Part shown: one piece after another, positions 24,101-48,000 of the stretch | Position numbering within the stretch: position 1 is the first letter of the stretch | Layout of the letters: each line of letters opens with the position of its first letter | NCBI RefSeq assembly: GCF_963506605.1 | Contig: NC_083292.1 | Coordinates: 15,128,001-15,192,000, forward strand | Source of the DNA: Zootoca vivipara | Taxonomy: Eukaryota | Length of the DNA: 64,000 bases | Direction: 5' to 3' | Notes under the pieces: model-generated | Database searches by the model: none | What the model saw: only the letters and a program-made list of their open reading frames with translations | Told to the model about the DNA's origin: nothing | Program-made: the position numbers and the translations under genes

Positions 24101-24951
24101 AAAAGGCAGTAGAGATATATTTTTTTAATAAATACAAAAACACAGCGGGGGCAAGAGGCAAACACTTTCTCACGAGATCCCCCTCCGCTGGTGTTCATTT
24201 CCATTAGCAGTGAAAGAATGAGCAAGCAATTCCAAATTCAAAAGCTTTTAATGGCTGATTAATTGGCTGGTTTCCATGTGGAACGGCGGCCGACAATGCA
24301 GTGGGTGGTTAGATGGACGAATGGGGTGCTGCCCTTGTGGAGTTAAGGTTTTCTTGGGTGGCGTGACAAGGGATCAAAGCCCCATGTCGCATTTTTACGC
24401 TTACTCAGAAGATGCCCACCTGTGGAGGCTGCTAGTCTTTTTTACCCAGCAGGACCCCTGAAAGGTCCTGCTTCTTGAGGTGGGCTCTGCCTTGTTTACA
24501 TCTTCTTGGCTTCTCTTTTAGGTTTCACGAGGCTGGCGAAGGCTCCTTTTCGGGGGCCCTCCGCGACAGAGTATCTCTCAGTGAATTCCGAGCCAGACCC
24601 CCGCAGCTGGACTTTGCCCCAGTTCCTGAGCAAGACCCTAAACTAGCAGACGGCGGCTTCGCCACCAGTCTCCCCCCACTTCCTGCTACTCTCCCTCCAC
24701 AGGACTACTCTGGGATGGTGGCCATGGCTGTTGACCCTGCAGGGAAAGCAGGATCCCGGAGGCCCATGTACAGCCCCTACAACCCTGACCAAAGCTTCAG
24801 CCAGTGGGTGGTTCCTTCACCGACACCCTACCGCCCTATGAGTTACTCTGGGTTTCCTACAGACTACAGTACGCAGGGGCCCTCAGGCCACCCCCCAGGC
24901 GCAATGGCAGACTGGAGCCAATATTCCTTGTTCCCCTATGCCTGCTGGTAG
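11658..24951 (+). CDS. tbx16: T-box transcription factor Tbx16/VegT (TBX6L/spadetail orthologue), 9 coding exons, 457 aa
   Basis: Exons 11658-11673, 16155-16287, 18308-18410, 19446-19610, 20702-20848, 21493-21563, 21890-21975, 23646-23868, 24522-24951 sum to 1374 nt with no frameshift. T-box [27 protein letters not shown]...[12 protein letters not shown]...NPFAKGFR. The C-terminus [15 protein letters not shown] matches the VegT/tbx16 end, not mammalian TBX6. Confidence 0.9.
11942..12129 (+). mobile_element. L2-type LINE 3' end with (TAT)n tail
   Basis: Matches the 3' end of the longer copy at 37047-37550; ends in a long TAT run. Confidence 0.75.
14147..14389. mobile_element. Tc1/mariner (Tigger-like) MITE
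   Basis: TA|CAGTGGTACCTCTACTTAC...GTAAGTAGAGGTACCACTG|TA; followed by (TACA)n to 14436. Confidence 0.9.
14633..14878 (+). mobile_element. tRNA-derived SINE with CR1-like tail, interrupted by a MITE
   Basis: tRNA-like head (CTCAATTGGTTAGA...GGTTCAATCCC) and a CR1-type 3' end (ACTAGATGATCC...CTCTATGATT). Confidence 0.7.
14696..14786. mobile_element. 90-bp hAT-type MITE, copy 2
   Basis: Same TIRs as copy 1; perfect TSD ATCCCGAT. Confidence 0.9.
14998..15358 (+). mobile_element. Sauria SINE, full length
   Basis: GGGACCCAGGTGGTGCTGTGG head, B box GTTCGAATCC, (ACCTTT)n tail, TSD approximately AAGCTTTAAAA(A)CA. Confidence 0.95.
15370..15833. mobile_element. hAT MITE with an internal ~71-bp tandem repeat (about 4 units)
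   Basis: CAGGGG...CCCCTG termini; perfect TSD CTTTAAAA; repeated unit TTTTACATGAGTAGAATGTG...TTATTTGTGGGGCCTGCCTGGTG. Confidence 0.9.
16155..16287 (+). CDS. tbx16: Tbx16 exon 2 (start of T-box)
   Basis: [45 protein letters not shown]; donor gtgag. Confidence 0.9.
17206..17297. mobile_element. 90-bp hAT-type MITE, copy 3 (opposite orientation, more diverged)
   Basis: CATAGCTGTCAAGTT...AACTTGACAGCTGTG; TSD CCCAAAGG/CCCTAAGG. Confidence 0.85.
17798..18117. mobile_element. hAT non-autonomous element
   Basis: CAGTGGTGGCCAAC...GTTGGACAAGCCTG; TSD ATCTGAAA/ATCTAAAA; GATCTAC subterminal repeats. Confidence 0.75.
18308..18410 (+). CDS. tbx16: Tbx16 exon 3
   Basis: [34 protein letters not shown]; canonical splice sites. 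Confidence 0.95.
18820..18932 (+). mobile_element. CR1 LINE 3' end
   Basis: TTCCTGCATTGCAGGGGGTTGGACTAGATGA...TTCTAT tail; similar pieces at about 16960-17018 and 50845-50917. Confidence 0.7.
19021..19253 (+). mobile_element. L2-type LINE 3' end
   Basis: Closely matches the 3' part (about 37315-37540) of the longer copy. Confidence 0.8.
19446..19610 (+). CDS. tbx16: Tbx16 exon 4
   Basis: [27 protein letters not shown]...[11 protein letters not shown]. Confidence 0.95.
19779..20243 (+). mobile_element. L1-clade LINE 3' fragment (ORF2 C-terminus and 3' UTR)
   Basis: [31 protein letters not shown]...[12 protein letters not shown] resembles an L1 ORF2 tail; AATAAA at 20236; second copy at 60015-60545. 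Confidence 0.7.
20702..20848 (+). CDS. tbx16: Tbx16 exon 5
   Basis: [19 protein letters not shown]...[16 protein letters not shown]. Confidence 0.95.
21493..21563 (+). CDS. tbx16: Tbx16 exon 6 (end of T-box)
   Basis: [23 protein letters not shown]. Confidence 0.95.
21890..21975 (+). CDS. tbx16: Tbx16 exon 7
   Basis: tttccacag acceptor, G|gtaac donor; phase 2-1 bridges exons 6 and 8. Confidence 0.8.
22248..22490. mobile_element. Tc1/mariner MITE
   Basis: TA|CAGTGGTATCTTGGT...ACCAAAGTACCACTG|TA. Confidence 0.85.
23646..23868 (+). CDS. tbx16: Tbx16 exon 8
   Basis: [15 protein letters not shown]...SLQAYR; AG|gtaag donor. Confidence 0.85.
24522..24951 (+). CDS. tbx16: Tbx16 last exon
   Basis: FHEAGEG...[15 protein letters not shown] then TAG. 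Confidence 0.9.
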
Positions 24952-25177
24952 AGGGCTAGGAGGAAGACTTGAGGGTAGGGGAGACTTTGTGAGATCTGCC
25001 TTATACTTTGCACAAAGGAAGGCTTCTTACCCCTCCCCCACTTTGCGTTTCTCCACCAAAGAGCAGCCATTCTAAACCCTGGAAAGCTGGTTTGGAGCAT
25101 GTGCCAAGATGCTGGCTTGGAAATTGGGACAGTTGCCAAGACATACCCTCTCCACTCCTGCCACCCCAGTCGCCTTT

Positions 25178-25183
25178 AATAAA
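25178..25183 (+). terminator. Tbx16 poly(A) signal
   Basis: AATAAA about 230 nt after the stop, followed by GU/U-rich sequence. Confidence 0.6.
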
Positions 25184-25793
25184 ATGACAGAATGTTTCAT
25201 TGGTTTTTGAAGCCCATTCACATTCACACACACACGAAGAAAGTGCTCTGGGCACATCTTTTTTTTCTCTTTTTCCACCTGACAAGAAGGAAACACAGAG
25301 CTACCTACAAAGGCACAAATCTCCAGCAAGAGAAAGGAGGCCCTATGGAAAAGTATTAATCAGCTGAAAGGCCTGTAATCCATTTGCTGCAGGTAAAAGA
25401 ATAACAGCGCTGCCCCCTTTCTCTCTTGTGTCTTGTCCCAACAAATCCTAGGCTGGGACAACTCTGTTAGGGCGTGGATCACTGCTAGAGATCTGCATAC
25501 TCCCTACCACTTCTCAGAAGAAACCGCAAGCTTCTCAATTCCAGGAGTTATAAAGGAAATGTTCCTTTAAGGATATTCAGAGAGCATTGTTCTTTTCTAA
25601 ATGCTAGGAACCAGTGACATGCAGGGTAAGAGACCCACTCTCTTGCAGCCACAAGAGCACTGTGGAGAAGGGAATGAGATCCTCTTGCACAGAGTATCTT
25701 CTGCTGTCACAGAAAAGCCTGTCGCTGGCAGCCAGCATGACGGTGAACATTCAAGGCATAGATAACAACTATTGCTGCAAGTTGGATGCATGT

Positions 25794-25799
25794 TTTATT
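25794..25799 (-). terminator. Probable CRKL poly(A) signal
   Basis: AATAAA on the minus strand ends a ~2.9-kb AU-rich, TE-poor stretch after the CRKL stop. Confidence 0.55.
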
Positions 25800-28725
25800 G
25801 AGAGTACGCAAACTGGGCAATGGCTGGGTGTGGGACCTCCAGTGAAGTAAACTGAGAAAACAAAAAAAGGCATTAATTTTAACAAAAGACGCTGTGTGTT
25901 CTAAGAATATATTTAATACTGTTAATTCTGTAGCACAAAATAAAATAAAAACAAGCTATGATGATCCCCACAATAAGGCTTAAAGCATAACACATTATTG
26001 CCTGAAATTCAAATGATACTTCAATTATGTAAAAATGTTTGCACAGTGAAGACTGTCTTTTAAGTACAAGGCCACCTTTTTTTCCCCCTCTGCAAAAAAT
26101 GGGTCTGGATATGTTTGCATTTATAACAACCCAAACTAGGTCAAGAGGAACATTTACAGCTCCCCAGAACGCTTCTACTGGTCCCACAAGGGAAGCGAGC
26201 AGTCAAGTGTCGCGTTCTGCTGGAGACATCAGAGTAAATCACCACACACACAGGACAGCCAACCCAGTTCCAGAATGTTCATTATACAATACAAAAAGTT
26301 ATTGCAGGCACATGAAATGGCACAGCGAACGCTTTCTGTCCCTTCACAAAAAATAATGGTCAGGGGGCCCCCAAGAGGCCCAACCAAACAGGAGATTCCC
26401 TTTGATGCATTCCTGCCTGATTTGTAAACAATCATGATTTCTATCGGCACTTTTGCCAGCTCCCCCCTCGATCAGGGATCGATTCATCTGTACAGCAGGA
26501 TAAGGGAAAACCTTCCCAAGATGGTTTTGACAGCAGACATTACAACCAATTACCAATTTGAAACCCAACCCCATGCACACTCACTGAGGGAGCAAGTCTT
26601 ACTGAGATAAATGGGACTTAATTTCTGAGTAAACATGCCAAGGATTGCACTGAAAGCTTTTTGGCACCTTACATCGTAATGCATAGATTGATGAGGTCTT
26701 GCGATTAATCGGAAACTAGCCCCAGGAAGGGACAGCAGCTTCTCCAAGACACAGCCCAGCCAGAAGCCAAGAGGAAAAACTGGCGACGTTTACAGACACA
26801 TTAAACATGGTTGTTGGGTTGTTTTTTTAGTATGAAAATCTTTTTATCATAATAAAATAGCAAATAACCAATTTTGATGCAAGTTTTACCATCAAAATCA
26901 ACTTAGTGTGCTACACTTGGGCTGCGCTTGTTAGCCATGACAGAAGCCACTCTTTGGCTTCAGCTGGACTTAAAAGCTCTCACCTGCCTCGGAAGCCACC
27001 AGCTAGTCTTGTTTGTGGTCCTGGTTAACAGACACTCATGTGCAGAGATTCTTATTTGCAATCCTAACATTAGTTTACCAGGCAGCAAAGACTCTGAAGA
27101 CAGCGTCAAGGAAGCAAAAGCTCCTTGACTCCAACATCAGACTCCTTGCTGCCTACTGAGAGCAGGGTAAATAAAAAGCATCCCATCATGCACACGCACA
27201 CACACAGACGTGCTGCTTCTGCAGCTTTTCAAGGCAGAAGTTGCACACAGTCTATATCTATAAGCTGCCATTTAAGGACAGCTTGGGAGAGTGAGGGCCT
27301 CTATGTAGTAGGATTATCTTATTATGGCAGACTGACATTTATTGCAGCTTAAATATTCCTAAACACAAAGCTCAGTAGTACTACTCCACTGTAACTCAAG
27401 ACAGATCAAGAGGGGCACCTGCCTGGCTATTCTCTAGAACAGCTGTGCTGCTGTCCATCACGGAGGGTCTTAGCACCTAAGGTGAGAAAATGCTTTCTGG
27501 GAGTATCAAGGCTAGCCTAATTCACAGTATGTTTGGCAGTAAAATCGTGCTTCTTCAGACCATCAACAGTCACTACAGGGTTTTAAGATTCAGTGAACTG
27601 AACAGCTTCTCTGCAGACCGTAAAGCTGAAATGGCACCCCCCCCCCAGCAACTTTCATCCCAAATTAAGGCACTTTAATACTGAGTTGAACATGAGGCTC
27701 CTCAGAAGTCCAAAATCCTCAAGAGACAACACGTGCCAACTAAACATTTAAAAATCATCATCTAGGGAGTCAGTTCTTCAAATGACAAAATCCACATTCA
27801 AGTTTCTGCATTTACCATTCCTCGTTATAATAGTTAGAATATAACAGAGAAATTTGTACAGAAGGGCACAGGAGCGTTAAAAGGTTTCAATGGTAAAAAC
27901 TTTTCATTACGTCTATATTCCCATTGGAGATTATCAATGGTTGGTGGTTTTGCTTTTCAAAAGAGGCAGAAAGTGCCAATTTCAACCAAGCTTGCGAAAG
28001 ACTATCTTTTAAAATCTTGTATCTAGTGACTGTCAGATTCAGCTTTTTTTAAAAAAAAACTGCCATGGTTTTGCAAACAAAACAGCAAAATTTTAGACAA
28101 GTGTATGGCAAAACAGACCAGTTATGTGTCACGGTTATAAATAGAAGACCCTGCTCAATGCAATTCCTTAAAATGACATTTTGCTGCCATCCCAAACTTG
28201 TTTCTAGGTCAACGACAAACTCACAGAACTGTCTTGCTAATAATACACAAGCATCAATTATAGCCTAAAGACACTATTATTCTAACTGCTTAAACAGATT
28301 ATTTCCTCTCAAATCAAGTGTTCCCTGCCCTGGAAGGAAAAATTAAATTAGGTTCTGGACAAAGTTGCTTAGAATTCTCCTCCTGAGTAGAATGTTGCCC
28401 ATGGACAGAAACCTTGGCCAGGTCAGCTGAAGTTCCACCCCCTGTTCTTCTGCCTGGGTGACATCACCAATCCTCTGGAGCTTAAGGTCCAAGATCCTTC
28501 CAGGTGATACTTTTAAGTTTTGGACGACGTCATTGCTGCACGAGGGCCCACAAGCAACTTCAGCTGTATGCATTCCAAACAGGTACTACAGGGCTGTCAA
28601 ATTGCAGCAAGCTGGAAACAATGGACAATGCTTACAAGGCGCCATTAACAGTCATCATTGCACTTCCGATGATACTCATGATAGCCAGGAAATGAAGCAG
28701 CAACAGAGAAATGGGCCAACAGGAA

Positions 28726-40859
<12,134 letters not shown>

Positions 40860-40860
<1 letters not shown>

Positions 40861-41021
40861 CAGTCTTTGCTTCCCCAACAACTCGCACGCCTCCTAGCTG
40901 TTTGGACTACAACTCCCATCAGCCCCCCCCCGTCCTCATGCTGCTGTGCTGCCTAGGGGTCTGATGGGAGTTGTAGTCCAAAACAGCTGGGAGGCGTGCG
41001 AGTTGGGGAAGCAAAGGCTGG
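40860..41021. mobile_element. Palindromic hAT-related MITE at the promoter edge
   Basis: Long inverted arms containing GGACTACAACTCCCATCAG. Confidence 0.75.
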
Positions 41022-42587
41022 CCCCGACGAGCATCCTGCTTTTGTGCTGACACACACACATACAGTTCTAATTTTTAATGGCTTGTTTTCTGCAGCCAAT
41101 TAGTGGCCAAGTTTGTAAGAAGCTTGCACTGTTACGCAACTGACACTTTTATTTCTGACTTCCTCCCCTTCCTATTTAAAACCATGGGTGCTATGCATAA
41201 GTTCTATGCTGCTTTTAAAACGTCGCTTCTTTCCCTGGGAAATCTTTCCACTGTTCACAGTCATTTTTATTTTATTTTTTGAATTTATATGCCGCCCTAT
41301 ACCTGGAGGTATCATGCTAATGCTTGATTCATGCAAAACTTAAGAGATTTACACCCACGCCCACATGGGATTGTCTAATAATAACATTAAAATTAATGTT
41401 TTGATTAGAGACAATCCTGCAGCAATTCCTGATGTTCCCAGGAAGCCCATAATGAAGGGGCCTTTCCCAGCAGCTGCTCTTTAAAGCCCAGAGCCGAGCC
41501 ATCACAATAAATAGGTTCATCCTCCACAATGAATTTGTCTAACTGCCCTTTAAAGCTGACTGCCTTGGCTGCCATCATGTTGCGGTGGCAGCTGATTTAA
41601 GAGGCTTCTGATGTTAAACCTATCCCTTTCTCCTCTCTGGTACACAGTGGGTGGCACCCTGCTTTAAGTGCACAGCCCCAGCCCCACCCACACAACCTGA
41701 AACTGCCCCATTCTTCTATCAGAGTTCCTTACTTCCTGCTTATTTTATCTGGCCTCTTAAAAGTGTTTCCCACTTTTTCAGCATAGTTTCAGAACAAATG
41801 AGAGTGGCATCACTTTAGTCGCATTAAGAAATAATTTGTGTGGTTTTTAAAAAATCATTTTTTCCAGGCTGTGTGTTTATTTTTTACACCCCCATACATA
41901 TATACATACATACATACATACATACATACATACATGTGTGTGTGTGTGTGTGTAGACATACACCCCAACCCATCCACACACACACAACAAAATCCTCTGT
42001 ATGCCTACTTGAGAGTAACCTCATCCAGTGCTTTTTTTTCTTTGACTCAAGAAAATCACCATTTTATAGTTCAAATCGGTCGGGAAAATTAAATACAGTA
42101 AATGGACAAAGGTACAAAGATTCACAAAATGTTTAGGAGTATGCGTACCCTTGCGTCCCCTGCAGAAAAAAGCACTGACCTCATCACACCCAGTGAAGCT
42201 TATTTTTTAGTAGACATGCATAAGATTGGGAACTCTGACCTAGTGAAAAGTGAAGCAGGCCAGTTTTTATTCTGGATTCATTAACTCGAGACCCTTTTAT
42301 CATTGGTTGGTTCCACCCTCCAAGAGAAAGAATTATGGCCCACCCCTGCTCTAGAACCTTTGCAGCACCTCAGCGATTCTTCAGGCAAACTTTAAAGTCT
42401 CGCTCCTTTTTAGAATAAGACACTGAAAGAGCTTGATGATACCCCAAGGAAGGTCATATCATTTGAGCTCTGCTTCAGTAAGTTCAAAAAGCTGCATGTC
42501 ATTGGTCCACATACCTAAGGAATGTCTATAGGGGTAGGAAACTCCCATCATCCCCTGCCACTGAAACAAACATTTCATTTTCTAGGG

Positions 42588-42818
42588 CAGTGGTTTTCAA
42601 CTAGGGTGCCTTGAATGATGGTCAGGGTTGCCAAGGACTCCCAAGGAGAGGAGGTTGAGGGAACACTCCACAAGGGAGGGTGTTTGAAAAAGGGTGAGAG
42701 GCTGCCACTTCTGCAGGCAAGAGGTGACATAACTTGGCTCCTGAGCCCCACAGGGGTGTCGCAGAAAGAATGTAGTTGCTTAAGGGAGTTGTGGACTGAA
42801 AAAGGTTGAAAACCTCTG
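42588..42818. mobile_element. hAT non-autonomous element
   Basis: CAGTGGTTTTCAAC...GTTGAAAACCTCTG; perfect TSD TTCTAGGG. Confidence 0.85.
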
Positions 42819-44640
42819 TTCTAGGGGTGGATTATGCCCTGTAGATCAGATCAAATCTCCCACCCTCTTGCTTGTTGAAGGCTGCTTTCTCACAGTCGCC
42901 TACCTAAGTGCCCATCTGGACCCCAGCTGCATCCAAGGCTTCAGCTCCGCCTCTCTTCCCACCTCCCACCCTTCATGGTACAAACAATAAGGAACGCAGA
43001 AAACTTCCATGCACCAAGCCAAGCCTTTGGGCCCACCCAGCTCAGTATCATGTAACCCAATGGGGAGTGATTTTGAGCAGGAGTCTCTCCACTCCTATTT
43101 GCAGGTGCCATGGACTGAAGTCGACCTGCTGCCAGGCTGCTCCTGAATGGAAAACAAGTCAGTTAGCTATAAACGTTCTGCCCAACAGAAGCTGTATCCT
43201 CTGGGGAAACTGTGCAGTAAACAGCAGGAAAACAGCCAAGCAATTAAACATGACAATGTTATTGGGAACGTCTGGGTTTTATATGTATACATACATACAT
43301 ACATACATACATACATACATACAGTAAATACATATATATACACACACACAAAACAGCTAATAATTTTTACATGACTCCTGGGCAGGGAACGTCATTCAGT
43401 TCAGTCACAGCTATTTTTAAGCTGTTGCAAAACATCCTGCCCAAAGACAGCTTTCAACCCATCCACCAGCTATGTTGGCATGCCTGCCTCAGAGCCCATG
43501 TGCTTCTATGGCTGGTTTCATTTCATTGTCTTCTGCCCCTGAGTTTTTTGTATTGTCATCCCTGATCTGCTCTATGTTTGGCGACAGAGAATTTGCCAGG
43601 GGCAAAGCGAAAACGATAATCCACTTGTGGACAGGCACTCCAGCTTGATGCCTGAACCCCAGACAGGCACGCCTGGGTAGGTACAGGGAGCGAATTGGGG
43701 GGGGGGACATTCTACAGGGAAATGGCTCTTCACATTACCTGCACTCCAAGAAGGGCAATTGGCTCAAACTTCCTTGCCTGAAATCCAGAGGTGCTACAGA
43801 GGTGGTGGAAGTTTCTACTTTCTGGGCCATGCCAGAGGAGGCACAGCTGGCAGGGACATTTTGCAGTGTAGCAGAAGCCTGTATGCAGGCCAAACATGCT
43901 TAGCTGCTGCCCAGGACACCAGAGGCCCCTCCTTTTGGGGAGGAGGTGAAAACAACAAGAAACAGATGTGCGCAACACATCATATGGAGACTTCCAGCGA
44001 GGCAAAATGGCGGGCGCCACGGCAGCGGGCAGCTTCTGAAGCCAGCCAGAGCCAACTGCGCTACCAGGCTGGCTCTGAGCTGCTGAGACTGCCGCTGCTG
44101 CTGCTGCCAAGTTTCCCAGGGACATTAGATGAAATCCAGGGAAATTCTGGGGATGGAATTTGTCCAGGGCAAATTTGCAAATCTGGGGACTGTCCCCGGG
44201 AAACGGGGACATCTAGTAACACTGTCTTAGAACACAGAAAGTCACCACATATTAAAAACATGGATTGGCTGCTACCAAAGATCCACCCAGTTGTTCCTAA
44301 AAGCCTTCCAGTGGTTCAGTTGCGGGGGGCACACCATAGGACCCAGCCTCCCTCCAAAGCAAAGTGCCCATGCTGCACATAGGAGCGACACCAGCCAGAA
44401 ATCCAGGCCTCCCTTTTGCGATGGCTGGCTTCCGGCCTCGTTGGCAGCAGGCTAACAAGGCCTGCTGAGGGGACCAGATTGCCTCCTCCCACACCGTCAG
44501 TGGGGCTAAGGAGCTATAGTGTGGCCCTCCTCCAAAATCAGGAGAACCACACCACCCACCTCAGCTGCGGGGAAGAAGAAGCAGAAAGCAAAGAGGCTTG
44601 CGTGACATTCCCTTGCCTCAGCTGGAACCTCAACTGCTGC

Positions 44641-45018
44641 TCAGTTGTCACTCAGATGGTCAAATTCCTCCCAATCTAACATGCTCATGACCTCTGAAGA
44701 AATGTCTGGGTGGTTCTGGAGCCTGTTTTGATGCCGTTCAGGGGTCCACCTCTCTGCATTCATGATAATGGCCCTGGGCAGGGTGAGGACGCAGGCGGCC
44801 ATCCCAGAGATGTTGTCCTCTAACCGAGGGCCTCTCTCCCAGCAGTCTCTGTCAGCATCATAAACGTGGACGTAATGCATGCGAATCCCCCGGTTGTGGG
44901 ATCTGCCCCCTAAAACGTAGATCATGTGATCCAGGACGGCAATGCCGGGTTCGCCGTGCCCTGCAGGCAAAGGGCACACAGTGGTCCACTGAGCAGTGCT
45001 GGGGGAATAGCAGGCCAC
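44641..45018 (-). CDS. KLHL22: KLHL22 last exon
   Basis: VACYSPSTAQWT...DWEEFDHLSDN*. Confidence 0.93.
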   Translation of the reverse strand: MACYSPSTAQWTTVCPLPAGHGEPGIAVLDHMIYVLGGRSHNRGIRMHYVHVYDADRDCWERGPRLEDNISGMAACVLTLPRAIIMNAERWTPERHQNRLQNHPDISSEVMSMLDWEEFDHLSDN

Positions 45019-48000
45019 CTGGGAGGGAGGCAAAAGCAACAGGAGATCTCTGGTCATGATGGAGAACAAGTCCCCCTACCAGGGAGTCCTAGCAAGGGCT
45101 TGCGGCTCCTCTCCCCCTGCAGCTGCCCCACAGAAGTTGGAGGAGAGGCTACCAAACCGCCTGGCGTTTTAAGTTAATAGGCAGGCAGACAGAACAAAAC
45201 CAGCCCTGGGTGTTCATGGCTTGTTGCCAGCTGAGTCATACTCAGAGGAGGCCCACTGAATCCAGTCTCTAGATTGCCGTGGACCTACTCTGCATTGGAT
45301 ACAGCCCCTGGGCAGAGCGCAGCTGCCTCCTCACCTGGTGAACGTCCCGCCTGTAGCCAGAGTCGTTGTTACTCCCTCCAATCACGTACAGCCTGCCCAG
45401 CAGCGCTGCCATCCCATGCCAGGCCCTCCGGACAGGGCCGTCGGCCAGGCTGTCCCAGCGATTGTCTACAGGGTCATAGCAATGGAGTTCCTTCAGGTAG
45501 TCCTCGCCTCGCCTCCCACAAGTGATGTACATCCGTCCGTCCAACTCAGCTCCAGCGTGTGCGTAAACCTGTGTCAACAGAAGAGAGGGAGGAGTCAGGT
45601 GCTGCCAGCAAAGCTTACCTACCCACCTCCACCCTCAGCAAATGAGGCCATGTGGAGATATTTAGCCGAAATTCCTAGGACTGGAATTGGAGGAAATTCT
45701 CAGAGCTTGACCTCCAAATGATGGATGGCTCGAGCCTGGCTTTCTGGTGCACATCACTCCTCTCCTCACCCCTCTCCCAATTTATACACCACCCTCTCCA
45801 AAGGAGCATGCTCTTTCTTACAATAATGCACTAGAACTGATCACTCTGGGATTTTCGACATCCTCCTTTGGTATCCCTGTGCCAAACTACCCCCATGACC
45901 CCACCTTTGGGCCAGTGGGTCAGGGCACTGTCTGCCTTGGATCAAACACCAAACAGAAACTTGGGCACTGCTCCCAGGAAGTCGCTTTGAGCACCTATCA
46001 TAACCCTTTCCATTTGCCAGGTGATGCAGAAACCTTCATGACACATGGTCCACCACCTGCCCCAACACTTGTTGTTTAGTCATTTAGATGTGTCCGACTC
46101 TTTGTGACCCCATGGACCAGAGCACGGCAAGCACTCCTGTCTTCCACTGCCTCCTGCAGTTTGGGGTCAGAATCATGTTGGTAGCTTCGAGAACACTGTC
46201 CAACCATCTCGTCATCCCGTAAATTCTGCACTAAATTCTGCTGTCAAATTTCTGTGCTGTTAATAACCGCGTAGCCTTCCTTATTCTCCGTAATTCCCTG
46301 TCAACCCCAACTTTGCTCTGTACCTCGACTATCACTTATTTCCACATTTCTGCAACCCCAAGGGCCAGACGCTCAGGCGCTACTTCCCGCCTCCGCAAAA
46401 TACAATGTTTAGGAAAGTGAATGCTGATCATAAGAACAGTTCAGTTGGATCAGGCCAATGGCCCATCCGGTCCAGCATCCCGTTCTCACTGTGGCCAACG
46501 AGATGCCCTAATGGGAAAGCCCACAAGCAGTACCCCCTGCACCCCCAGTTATGGCAGTAGCAAAATTTATGGAAAACACGCCGGCCCAAACCTCACTGGG
46601 TTCAGCTGGGTTCAGCTTAGCCGGCGCCCTGCTTCGGATCTCCCAGATGCCCGTGATGTTGGAAAAGCTCCTGCTTTCCCTGGCTACTTGCCCAACTCCT
46701 GCCTTCTCATCTCCTTACCTCCTTCCTGAGAGGGGCCACGTATTCCCAGGTGTTGGTTTTGGGGTCGTATCTTTCCACTTCCCGCAGTTCTTCGTGGTAA
46801 TCCCGTCCTCCCACGGCGTAGATGTACTCTCCCACCACACAGACGCAGAGGTCCGCATGCTCTCGCTGGAGAGACTGGATCTGGAACCACCGGTTGTGGC
46901 GTGGGTCGTACCTTGCAAAGGAAGAGGATGGCCAATCTGTACTGCCAGGGATGGATGGTGCCCACGGGCTCTACCTGCTGTTCCTGCCACCCATTTATCT
47001 CCCCGCATCCCATTGCTTCCAAGTGCATCTGCCTGTCCTCCCACCAGCCACTCCCTCTATTGCTCTTGCCAGGCTTTTCAACGTGAGAACCACTAGTCTT
47101 TGCAGCACATATGTCGGACTATAGCCGCCCTAGCTCTGCTTTGTGAGAAAAGAGCACAGCACTAGGGCAGCTGCACTCACTGTGTGATCTTCTCAGTTTT
47201 AATTGAGAGATTAATCCCTTTGCCAGACTAATATTCACTCAAGGGGAACAATTTCCCCATCTCAACCCCGATATGAAAATATGATGGAACAACACTGTTC
47301 CAAAATGCATGTGTGTTTGTGTGCATTTTCTGACACGCTCCCCTCTCTCAATGCCTGTAGATAGTAAGTGGACAAAGTTCCATTTTTTGCCATTGTTATG
47401 GTACCAAAATAGTTCAGTCTTTGTTACATTTAATAGGCAGCAATACAATTTCAGGGGTTAGTATGTCCTGTGTGTGCAGATAGAATTATCCCTGCTTTAC
47501 AGATACAAGGACTGTCAGAGAGAGAGAGAGGTTTAACCAATCCAGTCACTCCACAGCTGTCAAAAGCCCACTGGGCACTATCTTTGAGCTGCTTCATATC
47601 AGGCATCTCATGTTTCATGACCTCAATGCACTCTGAGTTGGAAAGAGGCAACCAGGAGCCTGAGGCAACAATAAATCACAGTACGGCTGAGGCATGAAGC
47701 ACCTTGTTTACAGAGCTCAGAAAACATTGAGGGGGCATTCTTGGATAGCGTCAGAAGAGGAGATAAATAAAAACACCTCCCTTCACACCCAGCCGGGCGT
47801 GGTTTTATTCTTTGTCAATGCCCTATATGAGGGACTAGGAAGTTGCTTGGGTTGTTCCCCTTCTCTGAGGGTGCCAGCTTCCTGATTAACAGGGCAATCT
47901 GATGCATGTCTCACTGTGTTCAATGCCTAAGGGTGTTGAGGACTGAAACCTACCGGTAATGGGACAACCCCACTTGCCAGTAACTTAGAAAGGTAGTATC

